A stretch of DNA of 63,112 bases, the filler included, from Reclinomonas americana ATCC 50394 (lineage: Eukaryota): NCBI GenBank assembly GCA_048213135.1. It is 3 parts of 2 records of this genome, joined end to end, with 100 filler letters (N's around TTAATTAATTAA, not from the genome) between each part and the next. Parts side by side here need not be neighbours in the genome. Positions count along the whole stretch, not along the records: positions 27,073 to 58,899 come from PS015050.1; 2 more parts are not named here. One strand, 5' to 3'. The notes under the pieces are model-generated. The model had not been told where the DNA came from. It saw only the letters and a list, made by a program, of their open reading frames with translations, and searched no databases. A program made the position numbers and the translations under genes. Of this stretch, positions 36,910-48,674 are shown in pieces; position 1 is the stretch's first letter, and each line of letters begins with the position of its first letter.

Positions 36910-39900
36910 ATGAGCGGCAGTGAGTCGTCGACGCTGCTCTCACCGACAGCGATCGGCGGCGTGCACAGCACTCCCGAAACGCTGTCGCCTTCGCGGCGAT
37001 CGACTCGCCGATTGGTGGACTGTTTGCGCGATGAGCGCTCACGGGCTCTCGGCTCGCTGCTCGCCTGCGCACTCTGCGACGGCGATCTCGCCAAGTATCG
37101 TTGCGCGCTCTCGCTCTCCCCCTTGCATTCACTCTCCCTCTCCTCACGCCTCACCGATGATCTCACGGGGTGCCTTGGCGTGTGTGTATGTGTGTGTGCG
37201 TACATGAATCTGCAAATCGGCGTCGATATCTCGCAGCGTTTGTGCTGTGTCCGCGACGAGGTTTGCGTGTGTGCTCTTCTCTGGTCCACTCTCTTGCTCT
37301 CCGCTCATCGCCTGTTGACTCGCAGAGCATGCCGTATGTCGCGGTGCGCACAATGCCCAGATTCATCATTTTTCCTCACGCACGCACTCACACATGCACT
37401 CACAGTGCATCTGTCGACGGACGATCCTGTGCAAGGTTGTCTGTGTGCGGGCGAGTTTCGACTGAGCAGTGCGGTTGAACCGGATCCTGCTGTTGCGTTG
37501 TTGTGTGGTGGGCGCCATTTCTCCGATCACTGTGTGACCGATTGGTTTGCTGTGGCGCAGCTTGTGCAAGAGTATTACGATCTGGAGGTGCGCTTTCATC
37601 TTCGTTAGAGCCATGGGGAGCAGACAAGTGGCGACTCACTTTTGTGTGTCGCGCAGGCGATGTGCCCGGACTGCGGCAAGACCATGTCACTGTTTGCGTT
37701 GACGTCGCTGCATGGACAGGAGTGCTCGAGAGCGACCGCGTGCAGTCGATGCGGCGAGCGTGTGATGCAAGAGAATGCGCGCTACCATAACCGTTGCGCC
37801 GTGTGTGAACGTGAACGTCTGCTGCGCGCTCGCGACTCACGTGCGACGCAGAGTATGAGTGCATCGAGCGCCAAGTGAGCTGCCCGATGCACCGCGTAGG
37901 TTGTCCGTGGCTCGGACGCGACAAGGAGCTCGGCGTACATCTCCAGCAGTGCCTTTTTGTCGTCTTGCGCCCGGTGAGTCGCACGACAGCATGCTCTCTC
38001 CCTCTCCCCAAACACTGATATGTGAGCGCCCGCAGATGGTGCAGCACTTTGAGAGCCGCATGCTGCAGGTATTGTGGAACACCATCGTCCTCTTCCAACA
38101 GAAATCGTGTCACACTCACGGCCGTTGTAGGTGGAAGACATCAGCCGCGTGACGGAGAGCAGCCGTGAGGAGCAAATGGCGGATTTCGATCGTCGTCTGC
38201 GCGAGTTGGAGGCGCTGTTCCTGTTTGAGAAGCGATCGCGCACCGAACTGCAAGGTGCGCTCGAGGCATCGCAGCAGGAGAATGCGGAGTTGGTGAGTTG
38301 CTATACACACTCTCGCACCGACCGTGCTGCCGCGGGCTCACGCACCACCTTTTCCCCCCGCACCAGAAACACTCGCTGCGGCAGTTGCAGGAAACAGTGC
38401 TGCTGGAGGCACGCGAGCGAGACGTGTTGGAGAAGATGATTGCACGCGAGACGCAGCAGCGGATACTTCTGGAGGAGTCGCTGCATGTGCACAACTCGTC
38501 GTTTGTGTCCATCGATTCCAATCACAGCAGCAGGTGCGTGCATGTCGTCTCTGTTATCATGAGCAGTCGCGATTGACGCTGTCCCTCTCTCTCTTTCGCT
38601 CCTGTGCGCTAGTTTTGTGTTCCACGGAGGCAACTCAGGCAGTAACGGCAGCGCACGCCACGTTGGTGGATCGGCGTCCAAACGCAGCCCGAATGGTCGC
38701 TCGCCGCGCGAGCTGGTGGCGGCTTTGGTGGGCGAGGCACCGCGGCCGCCGACGCCACCTACGCAGCAACAGCAGCAGCAGCAACAGCCTTCAATGGGAG
38801 TTGAAGATGCGCGATCACCGGCACGGGCGACTGTCGCACTCATGTCGCCGGCGGCTGAGGATGTGCATTTGGCGCACCTGTACGCTCTGCGAGACGCCGC
38901 CGCACGCAAGGCTCGCGAGGCGGAGGATCGTGCTGTGGTGATGGCCACTGCCGACAGGCGAAGCAACGACACCGCCGTCGTCAGTAGACACGAGTTCGAC
39001 GATGACACCTTTGCTCTCGAGTCGGAAGCGTGGGCGGCACTGGAGGCTGATCGTGCGCAGCAAATTGCGCTACTCGAACGCGCCACCCGACCGCTGTCGC
39101 CGCCTTCGCCAGACCACTGTGCGTTTACGTGCCTGTGTGATGCTTCTTTCACTCCTCGTGAGTTGCTCAACTTTTCACAGTCGCGGTGGCGGACCCTGAA
39201 CCGACGACGCTTCCAGCAGCCGCCACAGCTACAACTGACTTGCGCAGTGGACGGCCAGCGACGGACACTGTAGTTCCAGTGGCGCCAAGTTGCGCCTTGC
39301 AGAGAACGATCTGCTGAGCGTCATCATGTCACTCAACTATTCCGTACTCGTGTGCAGCTGTCACGGTGCAACCCAGTTCGCAACAGCAAGAGCCGGTGAT
39401 TGAACCGCCTCCTGTCTCACTGCCGTCGCCCAAGCGCACGGGGAACGCCTCTGTGCAACCAGTGCACCACGAAATGTCGGCAAACGGCAACGCTGCGGCG
39501 GGGACTGGTGCACTGTCGGCGTTTTCACAAGTGTCTTCGTCGAGCTTCGGCACAGGTGTCAGTGCCTCGCTGGACATACCAGAGTTGATGATGAATGCGA
39601 GGACGCCGGATTCTGGTTTGTCACCAGGCGAGCGATCGCCGCCGCGACAAACACCGCAGGGTTCTGGACGTGCCTCCAGTCACTCACCGGCGCGTCGCGG
39701 TGGTGAGTCGCACGGATCGATTTCTTCGTTGTGTCATTCCCGTGATGTGCTGACGCGAGAGACCGTCGCTGGTGCCCGGACAGTGTCTCCGGACGCCCTC
39801 TCGGGTTCACAAACGCAGGCTCGCGAACCAACCGAGGGCACTGGTGAGTGTGAATGGCAACCGAGGACGCAGTAACGATGAGAGTCTGACTCCGCGAGCA

Positions 39901-41170
39901 CACAGCTCTCGTGGACCACATCCTCGGCGACCATCATTGCCTGCAGTTGGACTCGCGAACCAAGACGCTCTTGTTCGACTGGCAGTGGGGCTGGAACAAT
40001 GATGTTGTGTGCCATCATTCCCTGTGAACTCCTTGTTGCCTTGCTGCTCACTACAACGTCGATAGTCTGCGCCCGCACCGACGCTGCTGCAAGTGACCAA
40101 TGCCGTCACGCAGTGCCCCTCTTTTATCGCCTGCTCGCAGTGCGCATTCCGCTTGCAACCCAGACGCATCGAGGGTGCTGGCCCCGGTCCGCAGTCGGCT
40201 GTTGCAGTTGGACGACCGGGTCCCATTGACATCGATGTTGTTGACGTGGAACTGGAACGGGGACGTAGTCGCTTCGGTTTGTACTGTATGTGTGTGTGCA
40301 TATCTCTCTCTCTCTACACGCGTGCACACTCACCCTCCACGCTGTTGTTGTGTGCACAGCCACCGAGCACGCACAGGCGGTGAGTGCAAGCAACACACGC
40401 CTGAAACAACGACTGGAGGATCTGCGACAGAGTGCCTCGAATAGTGCGTTGACGTCCTCGTTTGTGACGACAATCTCACAACTGACTCTGTAGTTGATGC
40501 AGCACGCTGGTATGGGACCTCTACACGAGCGCGCGAAACAGGCGGTACGTGCACAGGGAAAGACATGCACTTGTCGTGTGGATGTATTATCTGACTGCTT
40601 GTACACAGCACAAACCGATTACAGGTCGCCCAGTTCCGGTGCGTCCGTCACAATCAATAATGGCAGTGCCATGCAGCTGCCGACTCACATTCTCGTCGCA
40701 GGGTCCCAGAGTGCGCTCCCCACAGCCGGCCCCCGTCACGACGACATTGACGAAGAGGATCTTGAGGACTACATGGCCGAGCACGACGAAGGTTTTCTCT
40801 CTCTGCTGACGCATTTGCGTACTCACATCACGCCACCTCATTCATGTGTGTGCCAAGCAGCCCCGCCAGCCGTGGCGCAGCCTGGAGGGTCACGGACGTC
40901 GCCATTTGGCCGCGTAGTTGTGCGTGTGCAGGAGCCGGTATCAGTGCGTCCACACGGACGGAGCTCCAGTGCAGATCTCTCGTCAGGTACTGTACCGTTG
41001 AACGCGCTCGATGTGCGTCGCGCCTGCACTCATGTTCTCCACCGCTGCAACACACAGCTGCCGCCGACAGCTCACCGACCGCCGACGAACGACTGCGACG
41101 CTCGATGAGTGCTTCGGTCAACGACGCCTTCCTCGGTATCCTTGGTGAAAGCACCGAGAACGACGAGTGA
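36910..41170 (+). CDS. Cys-rich TRAF/SIAH-type zinc-finger protein with coiled coil and long Ser/Pro-rich tail
   Basis: LACALCDG, CPDCGK...HGQEC...CSRCGE...HNRC, VSCPMHRVGCPWLG...LGVHLQQC, then a heptad-rich exon at 38131-38293. 3' end (TGA 41168-41170) tentative. Confidence 0.6.
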
Positions 41171-41213
41171 CAAACAAAACGTGTATGCCTAATAATGCCG
41201 TTCTTATGGTCTT

Positions 41214-44200
41214 TTACTCATCCTTTGCCGTACCATTGATTTGCCAGCGAGTGTTCGTATTCGAGAGCTACAATAAGGAGAACAGGACTACTCAGTGCCC
41301 AGCCTTCGCAAAATGGTGCCAGCACGCACACGCACTCCCAACGCAACATTGGCGCACGATTCCATAGTCGACGATGAACAGTCGTTCGCGGTGGCTTTCG
41401 ATTTCTCTGAAAAACATGCCAATATCAAAGTGCTCACGGTCGATGCGATACACGCGGTGGCCGCTGACGGCCGACACTTGACGCACGCCCGGCACAAGGC
41501 CCGCCATGAATCTGCATCACACCAGCCATCAGTCGTGACACTCAAGCGTGGAAACCATGAGCGGTGCACACGGACCGATGCACTTCGGCGTCCGAGAACG
41601 GATCCGCGTGAATGTGAATGTAGTAAATCTCCGCAATGCGTTCCTTGAGCTGTGTGCGTGTGTGTGAGAGAGAGAGAGAGAGAGCACACACAAATCTTCT
41701 AGAAGGTGAAGATGGCGGCGAGACCTGAGAAGCTGGTGCAATGGCCACGATTCGACCGCGGACGAATCGTGCAATCCGATCGCCCAACAGCAGCGCCTCG
41801 TCCACATCGTGAGTGGCGCTGTGACGATCGCAGTCCGTCAGAAGAGATGCAGACAGGTATTGACCAGCGCAGCAACGCAACAGAAGGACGGCAGCACCGC
41901 CATTCTTGGCCTGCGCAATGGCGCGCCACACAGACGTCTTGGATTTGACAGTCATATTACTGCGAACGAAATTCAGTGAGGGCATGTCACGACAGCGAAC
42001 CGCATCCACCAGAGAGAGACTCAACAATGTGGGCGAGTCGAGGACCAATATCTGTGCGTGCAGAGCCGCATGAGAGAGCAGCACACAGCGAGACACACTC
42101 ACACGAAAAACACGCAACTCTTGGACTGCCGATCAGCGCCATGGCGACGGCCAGTCGACGCCTGGTGTCCGGAGTGCAGGCACTGACACGCAGATTGGCA
42201 CTCTTGCGGAGGAACAGCACGCGGGTCATGGCAAATGTGGCGTTCACCAAGGCGACGCCTGCAAGCGAGTTTCAGAGAGGGAGGCAAGGATAACGGTGTG
42301 TCAGCTACAAACCCTCAAGACCGCGCAATCGGCCCATGAACTGCAGGTGCTCTCGCACAGTAAGCTCCTCCCACATGATGTTGTGCTGTGCCAGAAAGCC
42401 TGCATGCACATGTCCCGCAGAAAGTCAACAAAGAAAGTGCAACCAAAGGCATCATTGCAGGAGAGACGCACCGAGTTCCTGCACGGCCATGTGATGCTGA
42501 ATCATGACGTCGAAGCCACTGATGAGGGCACGGCCCGCAAAGGCGTTGCTGAGACCGACAAGCACTCGCAAGCTGTGTCACACGATTAGGAACATCGGTG
42601 GCGGAAGAAAGATCAGAGACGATGGACACACACGCAAACGCAACAACAGTGACACGCCGGCACCACGATGTGCCAAGAGAGCCGTGCATTCGCCGGGACC
42701 CACGCCCAACGAAAGACCGGCCCACGCCTCGCCAGTAAGCTTGTGCCAATCTTCGGCCGCTGTGTCAAAGTCTTTGGTGGTCTGTGAAACGCACGACCGC
42801 CAAAGTGAGTGCTCTCAGTCCGTGCGCAAAATGCGGGAGGAAAACGTACTCGTATGCCAACAGCCAGCAGACTGGCTTCCTCGGCCTCGCGGACCAGCGT
42901 TCGCATGTGCTCCTTCTCGGCCTCCTCATCGTCGCGCAACTGCAGAAGCAAGTACAGCTCAGAATGTTGATCAAAACACAAAAGTCCCCCGCCAACAATG
43001 GCGACCGACCTGCTGAATGTCGGCGTCCAGCTGCTCCTCGATGCGCACAGCAATGTCGGCGACTGCAGAGGGTACGCGCTCGCTGGAGCTTGTGTCGTTC
43101 CGATCGCGCAGTGACGCCGACTGGTTGTTGGCAGAGGCTGCCGCATTGCCGACGTTGCCACTCTGCCGCATGCTCGACTGCGCAACGCTGCCGCTGGCCC
43201 TGTGTGTGTGCAAATCAGGAAAGATTCAACATCAGGCGATGCTGCTGCTAACAACGTGAACGCAACTCGTGAGGCCCCCTTCTCGGAAGCTGACTGCGGC
43301 TTCCCAACGATGCCGGCGGTGGCACAAGGAGCGCACTGCGATTGAAATCCGAGGCAACGGATTCGGTGGCCGGCGATGCCGCCGCGTCTACACACAGAGG
43401 GAGGTGAGGTGCATGTGGAGGTGTAGTTTGCGTCAACAAGCGGGTCAGCTCTCCCGCACCATGGACAGCTGCGTGGTCGGCCTCGTCCAACATGCCTGCT
43501 TCGTCGTGCAGCCGTCGTACGCGATCCATTGGTGAGGAGGGCAATCGCATTGAGCCTGCGCGCATGAGACCGGGCTCGGGGAACTCCACCGCCTCTGTAT
43601 CAAGAAGAATAAGAAGGAGGCACTGCCATGAGAGATGACAGGGGTCGATCAAACCTCGCGCGGGAGATGGGAGCGTGCGTGCAAACAGCGGCGCTGATTC
43701 GTCGGCAATCGACGCCGGCGAGTGAGCAGCAAGTGGTGACGACATGGCGTCGGGAGACAAGGCGAGACGATGTCGGCTACCGACGGCGGCGGCGGCAGCG
43801 AGAGCATCGGGTGACAGGTCATGTACCACACTGTCGGAGTCGTCGACCAGATGTCGCTGAAAGCGATCCATGGCCACACGCTGCTCATGGTCGTGGTCGG
43901 CGCCATTCTCGCCCCCCACCGGAGTCGTTGGCGACGCGGCAACCGCGTGCAGTGCCGCCGGAGGTGGCGTGTTCCCGGACGAGTGTATTGACTCGGAGCG
44001 CTCACTCACCAGGTCACCGAAATCCTGCATCTCCAAACCAGCTGCACACACACGCACGCGGTCAGTCGAATGCACTCTGTCCACGGACAGACAAGCGACA
44101 GGCAGCAAGTGACGCACTGAGAGCCTCCGCCCTCTTAATGTCCTCGGGAAGCCACTGTTCCACGGGTGCGTCGAGCATCTCCTCCGGATCACTGTACAAG

Positions 44201-46193
44201 TAGTGGGAGCGCTTCCACCGATCCGGGCAGCACCACGAGCCCCAGAACTCGCGAGTGAAGATGAACCACACACTGCGCCGCCGTCCAAACTTGCCAGGTC
44301 GCACCAGTTGCAGATACCTTTGGGGGAGAGGAACACGAGGGAATGAGAACGGGGAGGGAAAAAAGGAGGCGTGGCGCGTCGGAGGCACACGTACCAACTG
44401 AGAATAAAATACAGCACCGCCAGGCCTAGCATGCCGGCGAGTGACAACAAGATGTTGGGTTCTGTGATGCTCGTGCTGGCCGCACCGTTTCGGTGAATGT
44501 GTTGCAGGAATCTGCGAGAACGGAGCGTCAGGTTGTTTGGCAAGAGAACAAGGCAGCGACAGAATGCGAGAAGCGAGCGGACCTGTCGAGCAGCAGCGAT
44601 GGATACAAACAGGAGACAATGACATGCGGGATGGGCACGGTCTCGCCAAAGTTGATAATGTAGCGATTGAGGAAGTGCGAGATCACCGCCGACGGCACAA
44701 GCAACAGGGCCGTTACCACTGCGATCGGAGTTACAATGAGCCCACAGCACACAAAAACAACAACAGCAACAGCAACTACCGACCGAGAGCGGTGCGGTGA
44801 CGACTGAAGAGCACGCCGAGAAAGTCGGCAAACAGGGAAATCACGGCACTCCAAACGGTGAGAACCACCGCAATAATGTACAAGGAGGCCGTGTTCCACG
44901 GTCGCAGTTGCACTGCGTAGCCCAGCAAGGCTACCATACCGCACAGGGCTTCCATTCGCACGAATCGCAACAGCCACTGCGACACACGATAGTGCCAGCC
45001 ACGCAGACCGGCCTGTTCACGAAAGCACGGGAGGGTGAGGTGTGTGCGCGTGTGGGTGAGTCGAGTGAACAGGTTGGCACACCAGCTCAAGGTACTGGCG
45101 CCGCATGGTCTCATTGTCGATGGTGTACTCCATGACAAATGCCGGCAGCCACAAATGCAAAAGGATGAGATACACAATCGCTACGGGGAAGCGCGCAGTG
45201 AGAATCACAGCGATAAGCACACAGGGCGCCGGCGGTCACGCAACGTCCATACGACGCCGAGAAGAGCTTGGTCTGCGCCTGCAGCGTGTCAAACACTTGC
45301 ACGCGCGTCTCCAGCGAGGCCTCGGTGAGATTCGACTGCTCCGGATGCTTGTTCACCAGCGCCCACCGATACGCAGCATTGTCGATGAGCGCACGCGCAG
45401 CCACCAGCGACTCGCCATACTGCTCAATGCTGCGATTGTACATGGCCGAGTAGGCCACCGCATCCAGCGTCACCGTGTCAAACACGTAGCCGGCGTGATA
45501 CGAGGCACGAGCAAAGCGCGTCTGCTCAAACAGCGTCGAGTCGAGCAAGCTCTCGCTCGGAAAGCGCAGTGTGGACAGGTCGACGCCACCGTACTAGAGA
45601 CACACACTGAGCTCCCTCTTGGCTGCTCGATGGCGACGCACACAGACAGACACACACTGACCTCCACGACGCTTATTTCCAAGTACTCTAACAAGCCCGC
45701 ACCGTCCAGTGTCGTGTTGGCACTATCCCAGATGTGCTTCCCGGCGGCGCCACCGGCACGAGCATCGCTAAAGGGCAACTGATGAGTGATGCGATCAATG
45801 CCCGCAATGCGCAGGGCGGGCAGGCGCGGTTTCGTGGGCAAATCTGACACAAAGTTGGTGTTGCCGATCTTGCTCGCCACCAACAGGTCGCCGAGCACGA
45901 GCAACATGAGCTGAGTCAGAAGAGGGAGAGAGAGTCATCATCAAATCATGTTCGATATCGTGTGTGATGGTCTTCGTGGAGTACCATCAGTGTGGGCGAG
46001 AGGAACACCAGGTAGTTGAGAGTGGTGTTGCGTTTCTGCGCAGTGGCGGGCAGGCAGAGAGAGAGAGAGAGAGAGAGAGGCGGGAAGAGTGTGTCAGCGA
46101 TTTTGATGTGTGTCAATGTGTGTGTGCACGGACTCTCTGTCTCTCAACTCTCTCATGATAGGTCATGATGAGCGCGCCCGTGAGCTTGCCCAT
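41214..46193 (-). CDS. ABCA-family half-type transporter (one TMD region + one NBD) with degenerate ATPase motifs
   Basis: TM segments at 44270-45230 (LYFILSWY, RRSVWFIF...FW). NBD: GLSLGVGPGECTALLAHRGAGVS, FLAQHNIMWEELTVREHLQFMGRLRGL, CTPDTRRRLAVAMALIGSPR|ILVLDSPT, THDVDEALLLGDRI, IVDYGI. Start (46193) and last exon (TAA at 41214-41216) are manual estimates. Confidence 0.82.
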
Positions 46194-46777
46194 GGTGGAC
46201 GGAGGGCAGCGCGGGCACTCCCGCAGGCAACAAACAACAACAAGGGAAATCCACCATTTCATGCAACAAACTGACTGACAGTGTTGTGACTAGATTAGAT
46301 GTCCAAGGGGAGCTCGAGTGGCGAGGCGCTGGCGTTTGCGCAAAAGTACACTGCAGGTGTGTGTCTCTGTGTGTATGTGCTGCTGTGAAAAGAAGACGAG
46401 TTGAGCGCGAAAAGATCTATGAAATGCATCACAGATGAGATGAAGTGAGCGTGAGAGTGAGTGAGTGTGTGAGGTGTGAGTGTGTGTGTATGTGAAAGAG
46501 AGAGACGCCCTCATGCACAGAAGTGCAAGATTGTTGTGTTCTGTTTCATTTGGCATTCAATTCTTGCCTGTATGAATGTATGTGTTGTTGTTTCGGACCG
46601 ATTGTGGTGTTGGGTGGCGACGAGAGAGCATTGCGCAGGTGTCTGTCTGCGTGTGAGTGTGCGAGCGAGAAGTCTCACTGGCGAGAGACCAATCTGAGAG
46701 AAACGAGAGTCTTGCTTGTGCCTGTGATGCGTGTGGTGATGGTGGAGAGCACTTGGTGTCACTCGTGTTGACTGCAG

Positions 46778-48170
46778 GCCGGGTGTCGGAGTGAGCTTTT
46801 TTTGACCTCGGGTTTTGTTTTGATTTTTTGACTGCAGTCGGACATGCAAAGCTGGTGCATGCCAACCCGCTCTCCAACGGGTTCGTCGTTTTCGCTGCTG
46901 TCTCTCGGTGTGCGTGTGTCGACCGACACTCACTCTCCGTGGATGGTGCGTCGTGCAGCAAGATCAACGACGTGATCGATCTGATTGACCTCGATCGACC
47001 AGGAGTGCGTCAGGGCTCCTCTTCTCTCCGTCTTTCTCTTCCTTTCATTCTCGATGTGTCGCTCTCCGTTTCTCCCCCACCCTGCTCCCTCCTTTGCCCC
47101 TCACCAACGTGCATGCAGGGCTACTCGCCACACCCAGTGATCCTTGATGTCGGCTGCGGCAAGGCCTCGATTCTCATTCGAGTTGCGCGGGGAGTGCGGT
47201 GGCAACACTAGAGCTGCTGACTCACGCGCGATCCTCACCAGCTCGGTCAGCGGTTTCCGCACGTACGCATGATCGGCGTCGACAACAGTCCGTTCATGAT
47301 GCGCGAGGCTCGAGACTTGGTGACGGCGACCGCCGACTCGATTGTCAGGTCGGTGGCAACCTGTCTTAGATGGTTCTCCACGCACGCGTTGAGCTCACTC
47401 CACGCGCAGTGAGAAGCTGGCACTCCGAGAGTCGTCGTTTGAGGACTTTTTCGCCGAGGTATGCCTTTCCCTTTCTCTTTACGTGCACAGTACACTCACC
47501 TTGTCGGCGCACGCACACAGTATCGCGCACAGCTGGCCTCCAAGGGCGCCACGTCGGTGGACGAGGTGACCGAGACCGATCGATTCGACATGCTTGTGTG
47601 TCTGGTGTGTGCGCGCCTCGCCCCTCGCCCCCCTTCAGCATTCCCTTCTTCTTGACGATCTGGTCCAGGGTTCCACGCATGCCTTTGCGCCAACATTCCC
47701 CCTGGCCATTCGCATGATGCGCGACCTGGTCAAGGAGGGCGGGCTCATCTGGTGTGCACACACGTTCTGGCGCCGCACCCCACCTGCTGAGTTCCTCGAG
47801 GCTCTCGGCGTGGACGCCTCGTGGAACACAACGCACGCCGGCAACATTGAGGCCGGACAGGATGTGGGCCTCACGCTGCTGTACGCCAACGCTGCCTCGA
47901 AAGACGACTGGGATCGCTACGAAGGCAACCACATGTGGAACTGCGAGCAGTACTGCTTGCAGAATCCGCGCGACCCCGACTGCCCGCGCATTCTGAAGAG
48001 AGCACGCTGGTACGCCAAATCACCCTCTCTCTCTCTCTCTTTTCTCTCGCAGCTATACTCATGAGTCGGGGGGGTGGGTCAGGTGGCACAAGTTGCGGTT
48101 TGCATACGGCCGTGACACACTCGGCTTTGGATCGTACCTGTTTCGCGTAGAGGGTGCACAGCCCAAGTAA
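46778..48170 (+). CDS. Class I SAM-dependent methyltransferase of bacterial type, intron-containing; 5' end uncertain
   Basis: VGHAKLVHANPLS, ILDVGCGKAS, IGVDNSP, FDMLVCL|GSTHAF, VKEGG, FWRRTPPAEFLEALG, SKDDWDRYE, GRDTLGFGSYLFR. Stop TAA 48168-48170. Confidence 0.8.
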
Positions 48171-48417
48171 AAAAAAAATGGTTTGCATGCACACCATTCT
48201 CTCTCTGCTCTTTCTTTTGCTTTCTTGCGTTTGTTTGGGTAATGTCCCTCAACTCATTGAGACCAACCGTACGGAAATGCTAGCGGAAGGCCTCACCCGA
48301 GCGAGGATAATGTTCATCTGCCGTTCGACCACCACATAACCACCCGGGAAAATCAGAGGTAACCCGGGCTAAACCCTTGCGAGTTTTACAGCAGTGGCAC
48401 TGCGGGGATTATTGCGT

Positions 48418-48428
48418 CTATATAAAAG
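48418..48428 (+). promoter_or_regulatory. Candidate TATA box
   Basis: CTATATAAAAG in otherwise GC-rich intergenic DNA, about 250 nt upstream of the kinase ATG. Confidence 0.4.
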
Positions 48429-48674
48429 AAAGAACTGCGTTGGCAAGCGGCGTCGAGCCTTGCCACTCGCGTCGCGAGGGCGTCCATTGTGGGTGCCCCT
48501 CGAATTTTGGGTGGTGACGGGGGCCAAGTCAAGTGAGCCGTGGCGGAGGACATTGGGACCACGCTCATCATGTCTCTACACAACAGCCCCTCCTGGCAGC
48601 CGGGAATGCAGGCCACATAACGCACCCCGCTGTTCCAGAATCCGATAAGAAACAACTGAGTAACGCGCCACACA

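Noticed and set aside
4603-46193. Apparent cluster of pseudoenzymes as a single system
   Set aside because: The WD40-kinase-HECT gene and the ABCA gene lie on different scaffolds separated by an artificial spacer; there is no evidence of linkage.
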